From contig CBDEFM010000002.1 of assembly GCA_965237415.1 (NCBI GenBank), positions 768,001 through 832,000 on the forward strand: a stretch of DNA of 64,000 nt, read 5' to 3'. A program made the position numbers and the translations under genes. Below are positions 55,481 through 64,000 of this stretch, piece after piece (position 1 is the first letter of the stretch; the number at the start of each line of letters is the position of its first letter). The notes under the pieces were generated by a model, which was not told the origin of the DNA, ran no database searches, and was given only the letters and a program-made list of their open reading frames with translations. Source of the stretch: Alphaproteobacteria bacterium. Its GTDB lineage: Bacteria; Pseudomonadota; Alphaproteobacteria; UBA828.

Positions 55481-56014
55481 TCACGCTCGCTGCGCCCCGC
55501 CGGCAACCGGGCTCTTGCGCGCCGCCATCCAGGCGTCGAGATCACGCACGTCGTAGATCACCCGCCGTCCCACCCTGATATGGCGCGGCCCCGCGCCCTC
55601 GGCACGCAGCCGGTCGAGCGTTCTCCGGCCGATACGGAGATAGGCCGCCGCCTCCCCCGCATCGAGATAGCGCCGGGCGATGCCGCCCGCGCCGCCCCCG
55701 GGCTCCGCGAACAGGCCCGCCTGCTCGGGCGGCCGGAACGACGCCTCCCGTCCGCCGTCCTCCCTCCGGCGCCGCGTCCGCGATCCGCGCCCATGCCTGC
55801 GATGCGCCGGCCCGCGGCCCCTCACCAGGTCGCGGTAGCCGCCGTTCATCAGGAGAAGGGAGGCGTCGGCGCGCCGCCGCACGACGCCGCGCTCAGGCGC
55901 ACCGTCGTGCCAGCCGGCCTCGATACGGGCCGCGCCGAAGAAGTCGACGGCGATCAGACGGGTGGACTTGCCTGCCAGCTTGCCGTCGAGGGCGAGCAGC
56001 AGCTCGCCCTCCAG
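55481..56014 (-). CDS. DUF2285 activator domain fused in frame to an HTH_17 excisionase-like domain; no start codon of its own
   Basis: Hand translation: LLLALDGKLAGKSTRLIAVDFFGAARIEAGW...VVRRR...LMNGGYRDL, continuing without a stop into RYLDAGEAAAYLRIGRRTL...GP...VGRRVIY...DLDAW. Confidence 0.75.
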   Translation of the reverse strand: MEGELLLALDGKLAGKSTRLIAVDFFGAARIEAGWHDGAPERGVVRRRADASLLLMNGGYRDLVRGRGPAHRRHGRGSRTRRRREDGGREASFRPPEQAGLFAEPGGGAGGIARRYLDAGEAAAYLRIGRRTLDRLRAEGAGPRHIRVGRRVIYDVRDLDAWMAARKSPVAGGAQRA

Positions 56015-56526
56015 AGCCCGGGGGACGGAGCGTCTCCCGCATCCGGTCCCGCCACGCTCGTCAGATCCTCGACGCGCGCGAGCTGCGTGCGCAGCGCCAG
56101 GTCATAGGGCAGGTAGAGCGCCAGCCCTCCCGCCGGGTCGAAGGCCGCGCCGTCCTCGATCCACACCTGCCCGGCGGCGTGGCCGCGCTCGACCCTGAGG
56201 ACCAGCGCGCCGTCCGTGAGCCGCAGCCCCGAGAGCGTCCCGCCCTCGCTCCGCACCAGCTCGGCGAAGGGCGGCGTCCCCTTGCGGCCCGCCACGCCCT
56301 CCAGCATCGGCAGGTCCGCCCAGAACGGCGACGCAGGGCCGTCCCCGGACAGCGGGTCCTCCCAGGCCAGCAGGCCCCACGACGCGGCTCCGAGGTCGGC
56401 CTCGCTCTGCGTGCGGATCGGGAAGGGCTCTCCCGCCAGGGGCGGAACCCCGGCGGCCTCCCTCCACCAATCCGCGATGTAGCCCGGGTGCCGCTTGAGG
56501 ATGCGCCAGGCGCTGACCGCGTCCAT
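55954..56526 (-). CDS. DUF6499-like N-terminal part of an FseA-type ICE activator
   Basis: AWRILKRHPGYIADW...WGLLAWEDP...PFW; overlaps the DUF2285 frame. Confidence 0.7.
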   Translation of the reverse strand: MDAVSAWRILKRHPGYIADWWREAAGVPPLAGEPFPIRTQSEADLGAASWGLLAWEDPLSGDGPASPFWADLPMLEGVAGRKGTPPFAELVRSEGGTLSGLRLTDGALVLRVERGHAAGQVWIEDGAAFDPAGGLALYLPYDLALRTQLARVEDLTSVAGPDAGDAPSPGLWRASCCSPSTASWQASPPV

Positions 56527-56770
56527 GGCCGTCTGCTCCCCCTTCACCGGCGTCCCCTCCGGATCGCCGACAGGGCGGGCTCCGTCCCCGTTGCGGGACC
56601 CCGGCCGTCCCCCGCCAGGCGACGTCCGAACGTCTCTCCGGCCCGAAGCGGGCCGGCCCGGAACGAACCGGGCGCAATACGCGCCCGTCGGGGTGGGGAC
56701 CTGCGCCCCCGGCGCGACGAAGGCGGCACCGTCATGCGTCGCCCGGCGCCATGGACCCGCCCTGTTTCCC

Positions 56771-59700
56771 CTACCAGCGCACCCCGGCGCGGAGCTGCAC
56801 GCCATGTCCGGCCGCGTCGTCGTTGGCGGGCTCGCGCCGCGTGCCCTCCAGCCCGAAGGAGAGGTCCGCCCCGAGCGTCCAGCGAACGCCCGTGCGCCAG
56901 GTGCGATCGCCCGCGTCCGAGAGCGCAAGCCCCGCGAACGGCGTCATCAGCCCGCGCCCGCCGAAGGCCCCGAGCCCGTAGCCGGCCTCGGCGTCGAGAC
57001 GGCCGGCCGGCTCGAAGCTGTCGTTCGCCGCCAGCCCCCGCGCATCGCCAAGCCCCCACAGCCGCTCGGCGCCGCCCGAGTCCGCGCCCCAGGCCGGCGA
57101 CAGGCTGAGCGAAAGACCGCGCCCCGTGGCTCCCGGGTCGAGGCGCACCGACGCGCTCGCGCCCCATTCCCTGTAGTCCGTGTCCTCGTGCGCAACGAGG
57201 CCCCGCGCCTTGCCCTCGACGGTGAGACCCGTCGCAGGGTCGGCATAGCTCACGCCGGCGCCGAGCTCGATGCCGGTCCCGGTCTCCGCATCGCCGCCGT
57301 CATGGCGCAGCCCGACCTCCAGCGACGGCGTCAACGCCTGACCGCCCGCCAGTTCGATGCGGTGCGAGCCTTCGAGGATGAAGCGCAGGCGGCTGGTCTG
57401 CGACTCGCTCGCCGCCAGCCTGCCGGCCCCGTCCGCGCCCGTCGCCGCGTCGGAGTTCATGCGCACGAGCCGGGCGTCGCCCCGCGCCGCGAGCTCGAAC
57501 CCGCCATGGTCCGCCGCCGACAGCAGCACGCCGCGCGCGCCCGCCGCCGCCATCCACATCTGCGTGTCGGTCTGCCAGGTCCTGCGCGGCTGGTCCTCCC
57601 CGGACGCGTCCACCGCGAGCGTGAGATCGCCCGTGCCGTAGCCGAGGATCCCCCAGAGCGAGAGCCGCTCGCTCACCGCAAGCCGTGCATAGGGATGCAC
57701 GCTCGTGAGCGTGCTCTCCAGGCTACCCGAGCCCCGGCCCGGGCGATCCCCATCGACATGATCGCGGTAGCCGCCCTCGCCGGTGCTGTGGGCCAGCGCC
57801 ACGCCGCCGAGCCAGCGCCCGCGCGCCGCGTCCGCGCCGAAGGTGAAGGTGGTCACGTCGCCGTCGACCGCGAGGCCGTCCGCCTCGCCGTCGAAGCTCG
57901 ACGCCGCCGCCCGGCCCCAGGCCGTCCATGCCGTGCCCGAGGCATTGGCGCCGTCGCCGCCGAGCGCGAGGACGAAGGAGCTCCCGAGCAGCAGCTCGCT
58001 CTCCGTCAGGCCCCGCGACTCGCGCCGCTTCGCCGCGTCCGCGCCGCCGCCGTCGCCCCACCGCGCCCAGGCCGTCCCGCGTTCGTTGGTGCCGCCCGAA
58101 ATCCGGTCCGCGAACGCCGCCAGGGTGTCAGCCGCCGCCGCGTTCTCCCGCGTATCGCTGCCGGCAGTGCCGCCGGAGGACGTGCCGTTGCCGGCGCCGC
58201 CCGGCACACCGTCCAGCGGGATCCGCTGCCCGCCCAGCGTCACCTGCGAGCCGCCACCCGCCGAGCCCTCGAGCCGCTCCGCGACGGCGTCCACGACATG
58301 GTCCGCCACCGTGCGCCCGAACCGCGCCAGCCACGCCTGCGGGATCGGGTCCGAGTTCACGATCGTCCCCGTCGCCTCGCCATCCCGGATCCGCGCACCC
58401 GTCGCGTTCGAGAGGGTGAGCGTCAGCGTCTCCTCGCCCTCGTCATGCGCGTCGTCGAGCACCGTCACCTTCACCGTCTTCCCCGTCTCGCCCGGATCGA
58501 AGGTCAGCGTGCCCGACGCCGCCGTGTAGTCCGCACCCGCCGTCGCCGTGCCGTCCGTCGTCGCGTAGTCCACCGCCACCGTCCCGGCCGCCGCCCGGTT
58601 GAGCGTCACCTGGAACGCCAGCACCGCGTTCGGAGCCTCGTCGATGCGGGCATCCGCAACGCTGAGCGCCAGCGGACCCGGCACCGTCGCCACCGCCGTG
58701 TTCGCCAGAACCTTGTTGTCCGCCGTGCAAATCGCGCCCTCGGTGCCGCAGGTCCGGCCGCCCGCCAGCATCACCCTCACATCGTCCCAACCCTCGGGCT
58801 CGATATGGATCTCGCGCAGGTCGTTCCGACCGTCGACGCGCCGCGCCTTGTCCACCTTACCCCCCGTCACCGCGAAGGACTCGTCGCGCAGCACCTTGTA
58901 GCTCACCCGCGGCTCCAGGCTGAACCGCACCCGGAACGTGAACGGGCTCGACCCGTCATGCTCGGCCGGCACGTCCTCGAAGCTCGCCGTCAGCGCATCC
59001 GGATCCACCGCCTCGCTCGCCGCCACCGTGAACGACACCGCGAGCGTCCCGAGCGCCGCGCCGCCGCCATCGGCCTCCGGATACGCCGTCGCCGTCAGCG
59101 TGTAGGACCCCGCCGGCAGGCCTTCGCCCGAGACCGTGCCGTCCTCGTCCCCGTAGAGCGAGAACGGCGCCGCGTTGTCGGTCGTCGTGACCGTCTTCGC
59201 GCCCGACAGCGCCAGGCGCACGCTGCCGACCCCGGCATCCGCCGCAACAGCCACCACGATCCCGTAGCTGCCATTCGCCGGATCGGCCAGCGTCACCGAC
59301 GCCTCGTCGCCAAGCGCAGACACGTCCGTGCCGTCCCCGGCATCCACCAGCGTGAACCCCGTCAGCGCGACCGTCGGCGTCTCCGTGTCCGGCTCCGCCG
59401 CCTCCCCGATCCCCGGATGCGCGAGGTCCGCGTCGCGCCCCCCCGCATCCCGGATCGTGCCGCCGTTCAGCGCCAGGCTGTCCGCCGTCACCGACGCCGC
59501 CGACACCGTCCCGTCATCGGCCGTCACCGTGTAGGAGAACACCGCCAGCGTGCCCGTGCCCGAGCCGCTTGCATACGCCGCCCGGCGCGCCGTCCCGTCG
59601 AGCCCGATCCCGACCGTGGGCGTGCCGCCGTCGGCCGCCACCGTCACCGGCTCCGAGAACGCGAGCATCACCCGCACCGTGTCCCCGTCCGCCCAGGTCC

Positions 59701-62700
59701 CGTCCGACGCCGTCGCCAGTGCCACCGCCGTCACCACCGGGCCCGACACCGCAACCGCATTGCCCGCCGCGTCCACATCGACCGCAAGCACCGCCGCCAG
59801 ACTCCGGCGCGCGCCCGACTCAGCCGCGCCCGCCGCGAGCCGCACCGTGTAGCGGCCGGCCTGCGCCGCCGCCACCCACGCCGTCCACGCCCGGCCCGTC
59901 TCCGCCTCCGCGAGATCCGATACCGCCGCGGCATCGCCGCCGACCCGCGCCGCACTCATATCCGCCGCGGCAAGGCCCGCCACCGCATCGGCAAAGGCGA
60001 CCCGCAGCCGGAACCGTCCGGCCTCCGCCGCCCCGTCGCCGACCGCGAGCGTCGCCGCCACCGGGCGCCGGTCCACGACCGCATCCGTCGCGGCGCTCAC
60101 GAGCGTCTCCTCCGTGCCCTTGTCGTCGGTGAACGTCACCCGCACCTTGACCGTCTTGCCGGCCTCGGCCGGCGTCAGCGTCCAGGTGGCGTCGGTCGCG
60201 CCCTCTATCTCGCTGTCGTCCGTCCCGTCGTTCGCCAGCCACTGGTAAACGAAAGTCACATTCTCCAGACCGTCCGCATCCGCGATGTCGTCCGCCGATG
60301 CCGTCAGCTCCTCGCCCACCTCGGCCGTGCCCGAGATCGCCGGAAGACCCGCCGGCGCCGTGTTCGACGCCTCCGTCTCGTTGGTCGCCGCCGCGCCCGT
60401 GAACCCGGCCGCGGCATTGCCCGCCGCGTCGCGCAGCCGATTGGCGCCGGCATCCGCGGGCACCGTGTAGCCCACCGTCACCGTCTCGCCCGACACGACG
60501 CCTGAGGCGAGCGTCAGCTCCGCCGCGCTGCCCGATACCGCAACCCCGTCGACCGTGCGCGCCGTGTCCGCCACCGTCACCGCGAACGAACCCGCCGCCG
60601 GCGCCGAGTCCTGGTTCAGCGCCTCGGAGAAGGTGAGCGTAAGCACCGCCCCGTCCACCGCGGCACCCGTGAGCACGGGCGCCACCCGGTCCTGCACCGT
60701 CGCCCCGGCCTCCGCCGCAGCACCGTCGCCCGCCGCGTTCACCGCCCGCACCCGCACCGCATACGCCGTGCCGTTGGCGAGGCCCGCGATCGTATGGCCC
60801 GTCGCCGCCGGGTCGCTCAGCACCGCCTGCCGGGTCGACGTCTGCGACCCGTCCCAGGCCTCCGTGCCCGACTTCCACTGCACCCTGTAGCCGGTCACCT
60901 CGGACCCGCCATTGCTCTCCGGAGCCGTCCAGGAGACCGTCAGCTCCCGCTCCCGGCCTTCGCCGGTCGCAGCCGCGAGGTCCACCGGCGCCGACGGCAC
61001 CGTCGCCGCGACCGCCTCCGTCGCTTCGCTGACCAGCGTCTCCACCGTGTCCTTGTCGTCGGTGAAGGTCACCCGCACCTTGAGCGTCTTGCCGACATCG
61101 CTTGGCACCGGGGTGTAGCTCTCACCGGTCGCGCCCGCGATCGCCGTCTCCACCGTCCCGTCGTCCGCAAGCCACCGATACGTGAACGTCGCGGTCTCCA
61201 GACCGTCCCCATCCGCGATGTCGTCCGCCGATACCGTCAGCTCCTCGCCCACCTCGGCCGTGCCCGAGATCGCCGGAAGCCCGGTCGGCGCCGTGTTGAC
61301 CCCGTCCTTCGCCCGCGCCACCACCACCCGGTAGCGCCGCACCGTCCCGTCCGCCGCCGTCACCGTCACCTCGACCAGCGCCTCGCCCTCCGGCACCGCC
61401 ACCTGGTAGTCCGCCAGCGCCGCATCGGCATCTTCAGCCGGCCCGTACGTCACCGCCGCGCCGCCGCCGTTCGCCGACGCCGTCACCGTCACCGTCTCCG
61501 CGTCCGCGTCCGCGACCGCCCGGTAGACCAGCACCCCGGCATCGAAGGCCGGGCTCAGCGCCGCGCCCCCGACCGCCAGCGACGCCAGCGTCGCATCCGT
61601 CGAGACCGCCGCCGCCGAGGGCTTCGAGACCCGCGCCGCCACCGTCTCCCCGTCGCTCCACGCGATATCCACGTTCTCCAGGGTGAAGCTCGAGTTGCCG
61701 CCGGTGTTGTCCGGGAAGCCCAGCGACACACCGCCCACGTGCAGCGTCAGCGCCTCCGCATCGTCAAGCCCATCGTCGAAGCCGAGCCTCAGCTTGCGCG
61801 CCGGCGGGTCGTACCACAGCCACTTCGCCCGAAGCCCCGCACGGCCCATCTGGTTCGAGAACAGGTCCGCCGACCCCGCGCCGATCGCGCGCGGCCCGTA
61901 TTCCACCACCGTCATGTCCGCCGACCAGACGGTCACATCCGCCGCCGCCGCGACATCGACCGGCGCCACATCGTCGTCGAGCACCGTCAGCGACGCCGAC
62001 ACCGCCCCCGGCGCGAGTTGCCAGCCGCCCCCCGACGCAAGGCGCGCCGTCACCCGGCTGTCCGTCTCCTGCACCGCGTCCGCCGCCGTCGGCACCCGGA
62101 ACTCCGCCTCCCGCGCACCCGCCGCAAAGGTCGCGCTCTCCGGCACCGCCGAGCCCAGCATCGCGCCCGACTCTTCCACCGACACCGGAACCGTCAGCGC
62201 CTTGAGCGCGCTCCCCTGCCGGGTCAGCCGGAACACCGCGTCCGCGCCCTCCGCCGCATAGTCCGAAGCCGCCGCGATCGCCACCTCCGAGATCAGCGAG
62301 ACCGTCACCGTCACCGTATCCTCGGCGTACAGCCCGCCCGCATCCGTCGCCCGCAGCGTGAACGCGAGCTCGGTCTCCGCCGCCAGATCCGACGGCGCCG
62401 TGAACACCGGCTGCGCCGCACTCGCATCCGACAGCGTGACGCGCGGGCCGCCCTCATCGGTCTGCGTCCACGCATAGCTCAGCCTGTCGCCCGCATCCGG
62501 GTCCGTGCTCGCGCCCGCATCCAGCGTCACCGCAGCACCCTCGCGCACCACGCTCAGGTCCGCCGTCGCCTTCGCAACCGGCGCCTCGTTCGCATCCGCG
62601 AGCGTCACCAGCAAGGACGCCGTCGCGCTCTGCGCGCCCGCGCGCACCTCGACCGTCACCGCCCAGGTCCCGTCGCCGTCCGCATCGTCCGGCGCCTCGA

Positions 62701-64000
62701 AGTCCTTCGCCGCCCGCAGCGCGAGCACCCCGTCCGGGTCGAGCGTGAACGCCGCGCCGTCCGCGCCGCCGGCCGTCCCCTCCGGGATCGACCAGGACAC
62801 CGATTGGCCGGTCCCCGTATGCGAGGCGCCCAGCGTCGTCACCGCCGTCGTGCCTTCCGCCACCCTGAACGGGCCCGGCGTCGTCACCCCAAGCGCCCCC
62901 GCCGTCACCGTGAACGACACCTCGAGCGAACCCCGCTCCTCACCGCGGCCCTCCGAGTCCGCATACGCGGTCGCGGTCAGCGTGTACGACCCCGGCGGCA
63001 GCCCCGCGCCGTTCACCCGGCCGGCCCCGTCGCCGTAGAGCGACCAGGGCGCCGCGTCGTCGATGCGCGTCACCGTTTTCACGCCCGTGAGTTCCAGCCG
63101 AACGCTCCCCGGCGCCGCTCCCGGACCCATCTCCGCCCGGATGCCGTAGCTCGGCGCCAGCCACTCGCCCAGCGCCACCGTCGAGCCCTCCGCAAGCACC
63201 ATCAGGTCGCCGTTCGTGCCCGCGTCCACCAGCGTGAACCCCGTGAGTTCGGCCGGCTCGCGCTCGCTGTTCAGGATCGTCGCCACCGCCTCCGCGTCCC
63301 CGAGGACCGCGTCCCCGTTGTTCGCATCGCTCCCCGTCGGGTTGCTCAGCACCAGCCGGAAGGTCTCTCCGCTGTCTTCTTCCCCGTCGTCCACGATCGG
63401 CACCAGCGCCGTCTGCTTCCGCGTATCGCCCGGCGCAAACGTCAGCGTCCCGCTCGTCGCCGCGTAGTCCGTCGGCGCCACCGCCGTGGCGTCCACGGTC
63501 GTGTATTGCACCGTCACCACCCCGGTCGCCGCCGGATCCAGCGTCACCAGGAACCCGACCGAGCCGTCGGCCTCGTTCACCGCCGTGTCCAGGACGTTCA
63601 GGGTCGGCGGCCGGGTGTCCCACGACCGCTCGACCCAGCCGCTCACACCGCTGCTGCTGTAGGCCCGCACCCGCGCGGTGATCGGACCGCGCCGCGACGC
63701 GCCCAGGGGAAGCGTCACGCTCGTCGCCGTCTGCAGGCTCCGGTTCTGGTTTGCCCGGTCGCTGTAATGCACGCCGTGACGCCACTCCACCAGGTAGCCG
63801 GTCGCACCGCTCACCGCGTTCCAGCTCATGACCGGGTTTCCGAAGCCGCCCGCCACCGGGTCGGCGATCGCCACGCCGGTCGGCTCCGGCAGCGTCGCAT
63901 CCGCCGGGCGGTCCAGCGAGACCCGCACCAGCCCCGTACCTTCCGAGACCAGGTACGAGCTGGTCGTGGTGACCTCCTTGTGGACCGAGTGGTTGTAGAC
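56771..64000 (-). CDS. giant surface adhesin (>2,400 aa; 5' part lies outside the window) with a C-terminal autotransporter-like beta-barrel
   Basis: Frame is open to base 64000. Contains Calx-beta (TAVAPTDY...SGTLTFAPG), cadherin (DFEAP.D), PKD, FN3 (VSWTAP..NGGS.VTGY), SwmB-like (LTLTFSEAL) and duplicated NTAP.GLPAISGT units; ends GVQLRAGVRW. Confidence 0.88.
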   Translation of the reverse strand, partial: VYNHSVHKEVTTTSSYLVSEGTGLVRVSLDRPADATLPEPTGVAIADPVAGGFGNPVMSWNAVSGATGYLVEWRHGVHYSDRANQNRSLQTATSVTLPLGASRRGPITARVRAYSSSGVSGWVERSWDTRPPTLNVLDTAVNEADGSVGFLVTLDPAATGVVTVQYTTVDATAVAPTDYAATSGTLTFAPGDTRKQTALVPIVDDGEEDSGETFRLVLSNPTGSDANNGDAVLGDAEAVATILNSEREPAELTGFTLVDAGTNGDLMVLAEGSTVALGEWLAPSYGIRAEMGPGAAPGSVRLELTGVKTVTRIDDAAPWSLYGDGAGRVNGAGLPPGSYTLTATAYADSEGRGEERGSLEVSFTVTAGALGVTTPGPFRVAEGTTAVTTLGASHTGTGQSVSWSIPEGTAGGADGAAFTLDPDGVLALRAAKDFEAPDDADGDGTWAVTVEVRAGAQSATASLLVTLADANEAPVAKATADLSVVREGAAVTLDAGASTDPDAGDRLSYAWTQTDEGGPRVTLSDASAAQPVFTAPSDLAAETELAFTLRATDAGGLYAEDTVTVTVSLISEVAIAAASDYAAEGADAVFRLTRQGSALKALTVPVSVEESGAMLGSAVPESATFAAGAREAEFRVPTAADAVQETDSRVTARLASGGGWQLAPGAVSASLTVLDDDVAPVDVAAAADVTVWSADMTVVEYGPRAIGAGSADLFSNQMGRAGLRAKWLWYDPPARKLRLGFDDGLDDAEALTLHVGGVSLGFPDNTGGNSSFTLENVDIAWSDGETVAARVSKPSAAAVSTDATLASLAVGGAALSPAFDAGVLVYRAVADADAETVTVTASANGGGAAVTYGPAEDADAALADYQVAVPEGEALVEVTVTAADGTVRRYRVVVARAKDGVNTAPTGLPAISGTAEVGEELTVSADDIADGDGLETATFTYRWLADDGTVETAIAGATGESYTPVPSDVGKTLKVRVTFTDDKDTVETLVSEATEAVAATVPSAPVDLAAATGEGRERELTVSWTAPESNGGSEVTGYRVQWKSGTEAWDGSQTSTRQAVLSDPAATGHTIAGLANGTAYAVRVRAVNAAGDGAAAEAGATVQDRVAPVLTGAAVDGAVLTLTFSEALNQDSAPAAGSFAVTVADTARTVDGVAVSGSAAELTLASGVVSGETVTVGYTVPADAGANRLRDAAGNAAAGFTGAAATNETEASNTAPAGLPAISGTAEVGEELTASADDIADADGLENVTFVYQWLANDGTDDSEIEGATDATWTLTPAEAGKTVKVRVTFTDDKGTEETLVSAATDAVVDRRPVAATLAVGDGAAEAGRFRLRVAFADAVAGLAAADMSAARVGGDAAAVSDLAEAETGRAWTAWVAAAQAGRYTVRLAAGAAESGARRSLAAVLAVDVDAAGNAVAVSGPVVTAVALATASDGTWADGDTVRVMLAFSEPVTVAADGGTPTVGIGLDGTARRAAYASGSGTGTLAVFSYTVTADDGTVSAASVTADSLALNGGTIRDAGGRDADLAHPGIGEAAEPDTETPTVALTGFTLVDAGDGTDVSALGDEASVTLADPANGSYGIVVAVAADAGVGSVRLALSGAKTVTTTDNAAPFSLYGDEDGTVSGEGLPAGSYTLTATAYPEADGGGAALGTLAVSFTVAASEAVDPDALTASFEDVPAEHDGSSPFTFRVRFSLEPRVSYKVLRDESFAVTGGKVDKARRVDGRNDLREIHIEPEGWDDVRVMLAGGRTCGTEGAICTADNKVLANTAVATVPGPLALSVADARIDEAPNAVLAFQVTLNRAAAGTVAVDYATTDGTATAGADYTAASGTLTFDPGETGKTVKVTVLDDAHDEGEETLTLTLSNATGARIRDGEATGTIVNSDPIPQAWLARFGRTVADHVVDAVAERLEGSAGGGSQVTLGGQRIPLDGVPGGAGNGTSSGGTAGSDTRENAAAADTLAAFADRISGGTNERGTAWARWGDGGGADAAKRRESRGLTESELLLGSSFVLALGGDGANASGTAWTAWGRAAASSFDGEADGLAVDGDVTTFTFGADAARGRWLGGVALAHSTGEGGYRDHVDGDRPGRGSGSLESTLTSVHPYARLAVSERLSLWGILGYGTGDLTLAVDASGEDQPRRTWQTDTQMWMAAAGARGVLLSAADHGGFELAARGDARLVRMNSDAATGADGAGRLAASESQTSRLRFILEGSHRIELAGGQALTPSLEVGLRHDGGDAETGTGIELGAGVSYADPATGLTVEGKARGLVAHEDTDYREWGASASVRLDPGATGRGLSLSLSPAWGADSGGAERLWGLGDARGLAANDSFEPAGRLDAEAGYGLGAFGGRGLMTPFAGLALSDAGDRTWRTGVRWTLGADLSFGLEGTRREPANDDAAGHGVQLRAGVRW

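Noticed and set aside
56495-60505. 1336-aa plus-strand ORF and similar long ORFs (5469-7550, 38680-41238, 19903-22095, 42794-45775 beyond ssb)
   Set aside because: Arg/Ala/Pro-rich shadow frames of real genes in high-GC DNA, with no recognisable motifs.

Overview
High-GC alphaproteobacterial DNA (Rhodospirillales-like, judged from the carD-fdxA-S4-helicase gene order) in two parts. Bases 1-25,250 are chromosomal. They hold a gamma-butyrobetaine dioxygenase and Rieske oxygenase pair, carD/fdxA/terB/S4/helicase, htpG, a 2OG-Fe oxygenase, a BKACE enzyme and two toxin-antitoxin modules. They also hold a catabolic cluster: cupin dioxygenase, a close homologue of the vitamin-B6-degradation FHMPC dehydrogenase, an LVIVD protein, hydantoinase A/B and an ABC importer. 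From a probable tRNA-3'-end att remnant at about 25,290 to the window end lies a genomic island. Its left part is a cargo and pseudogene zone with two MITEs, a tRNA-Gly-like element and an IS66/IS110/IS630 stack. Next is a minus-strand conjugation region combining Dot/Icm (IncI-type) genes, type IVb pilus genes, ssb and a VirD4-type coupling protein. This region is preceded by an FseA-like (DUF6499/DUF2285) activator that is split by a -1 frameshift and fused to an excisionase-like HTH. The island part of the window ends in a giant beta-barrel-anchored adhesin. All family assignments come from motif recognition by eye; no searches were run.
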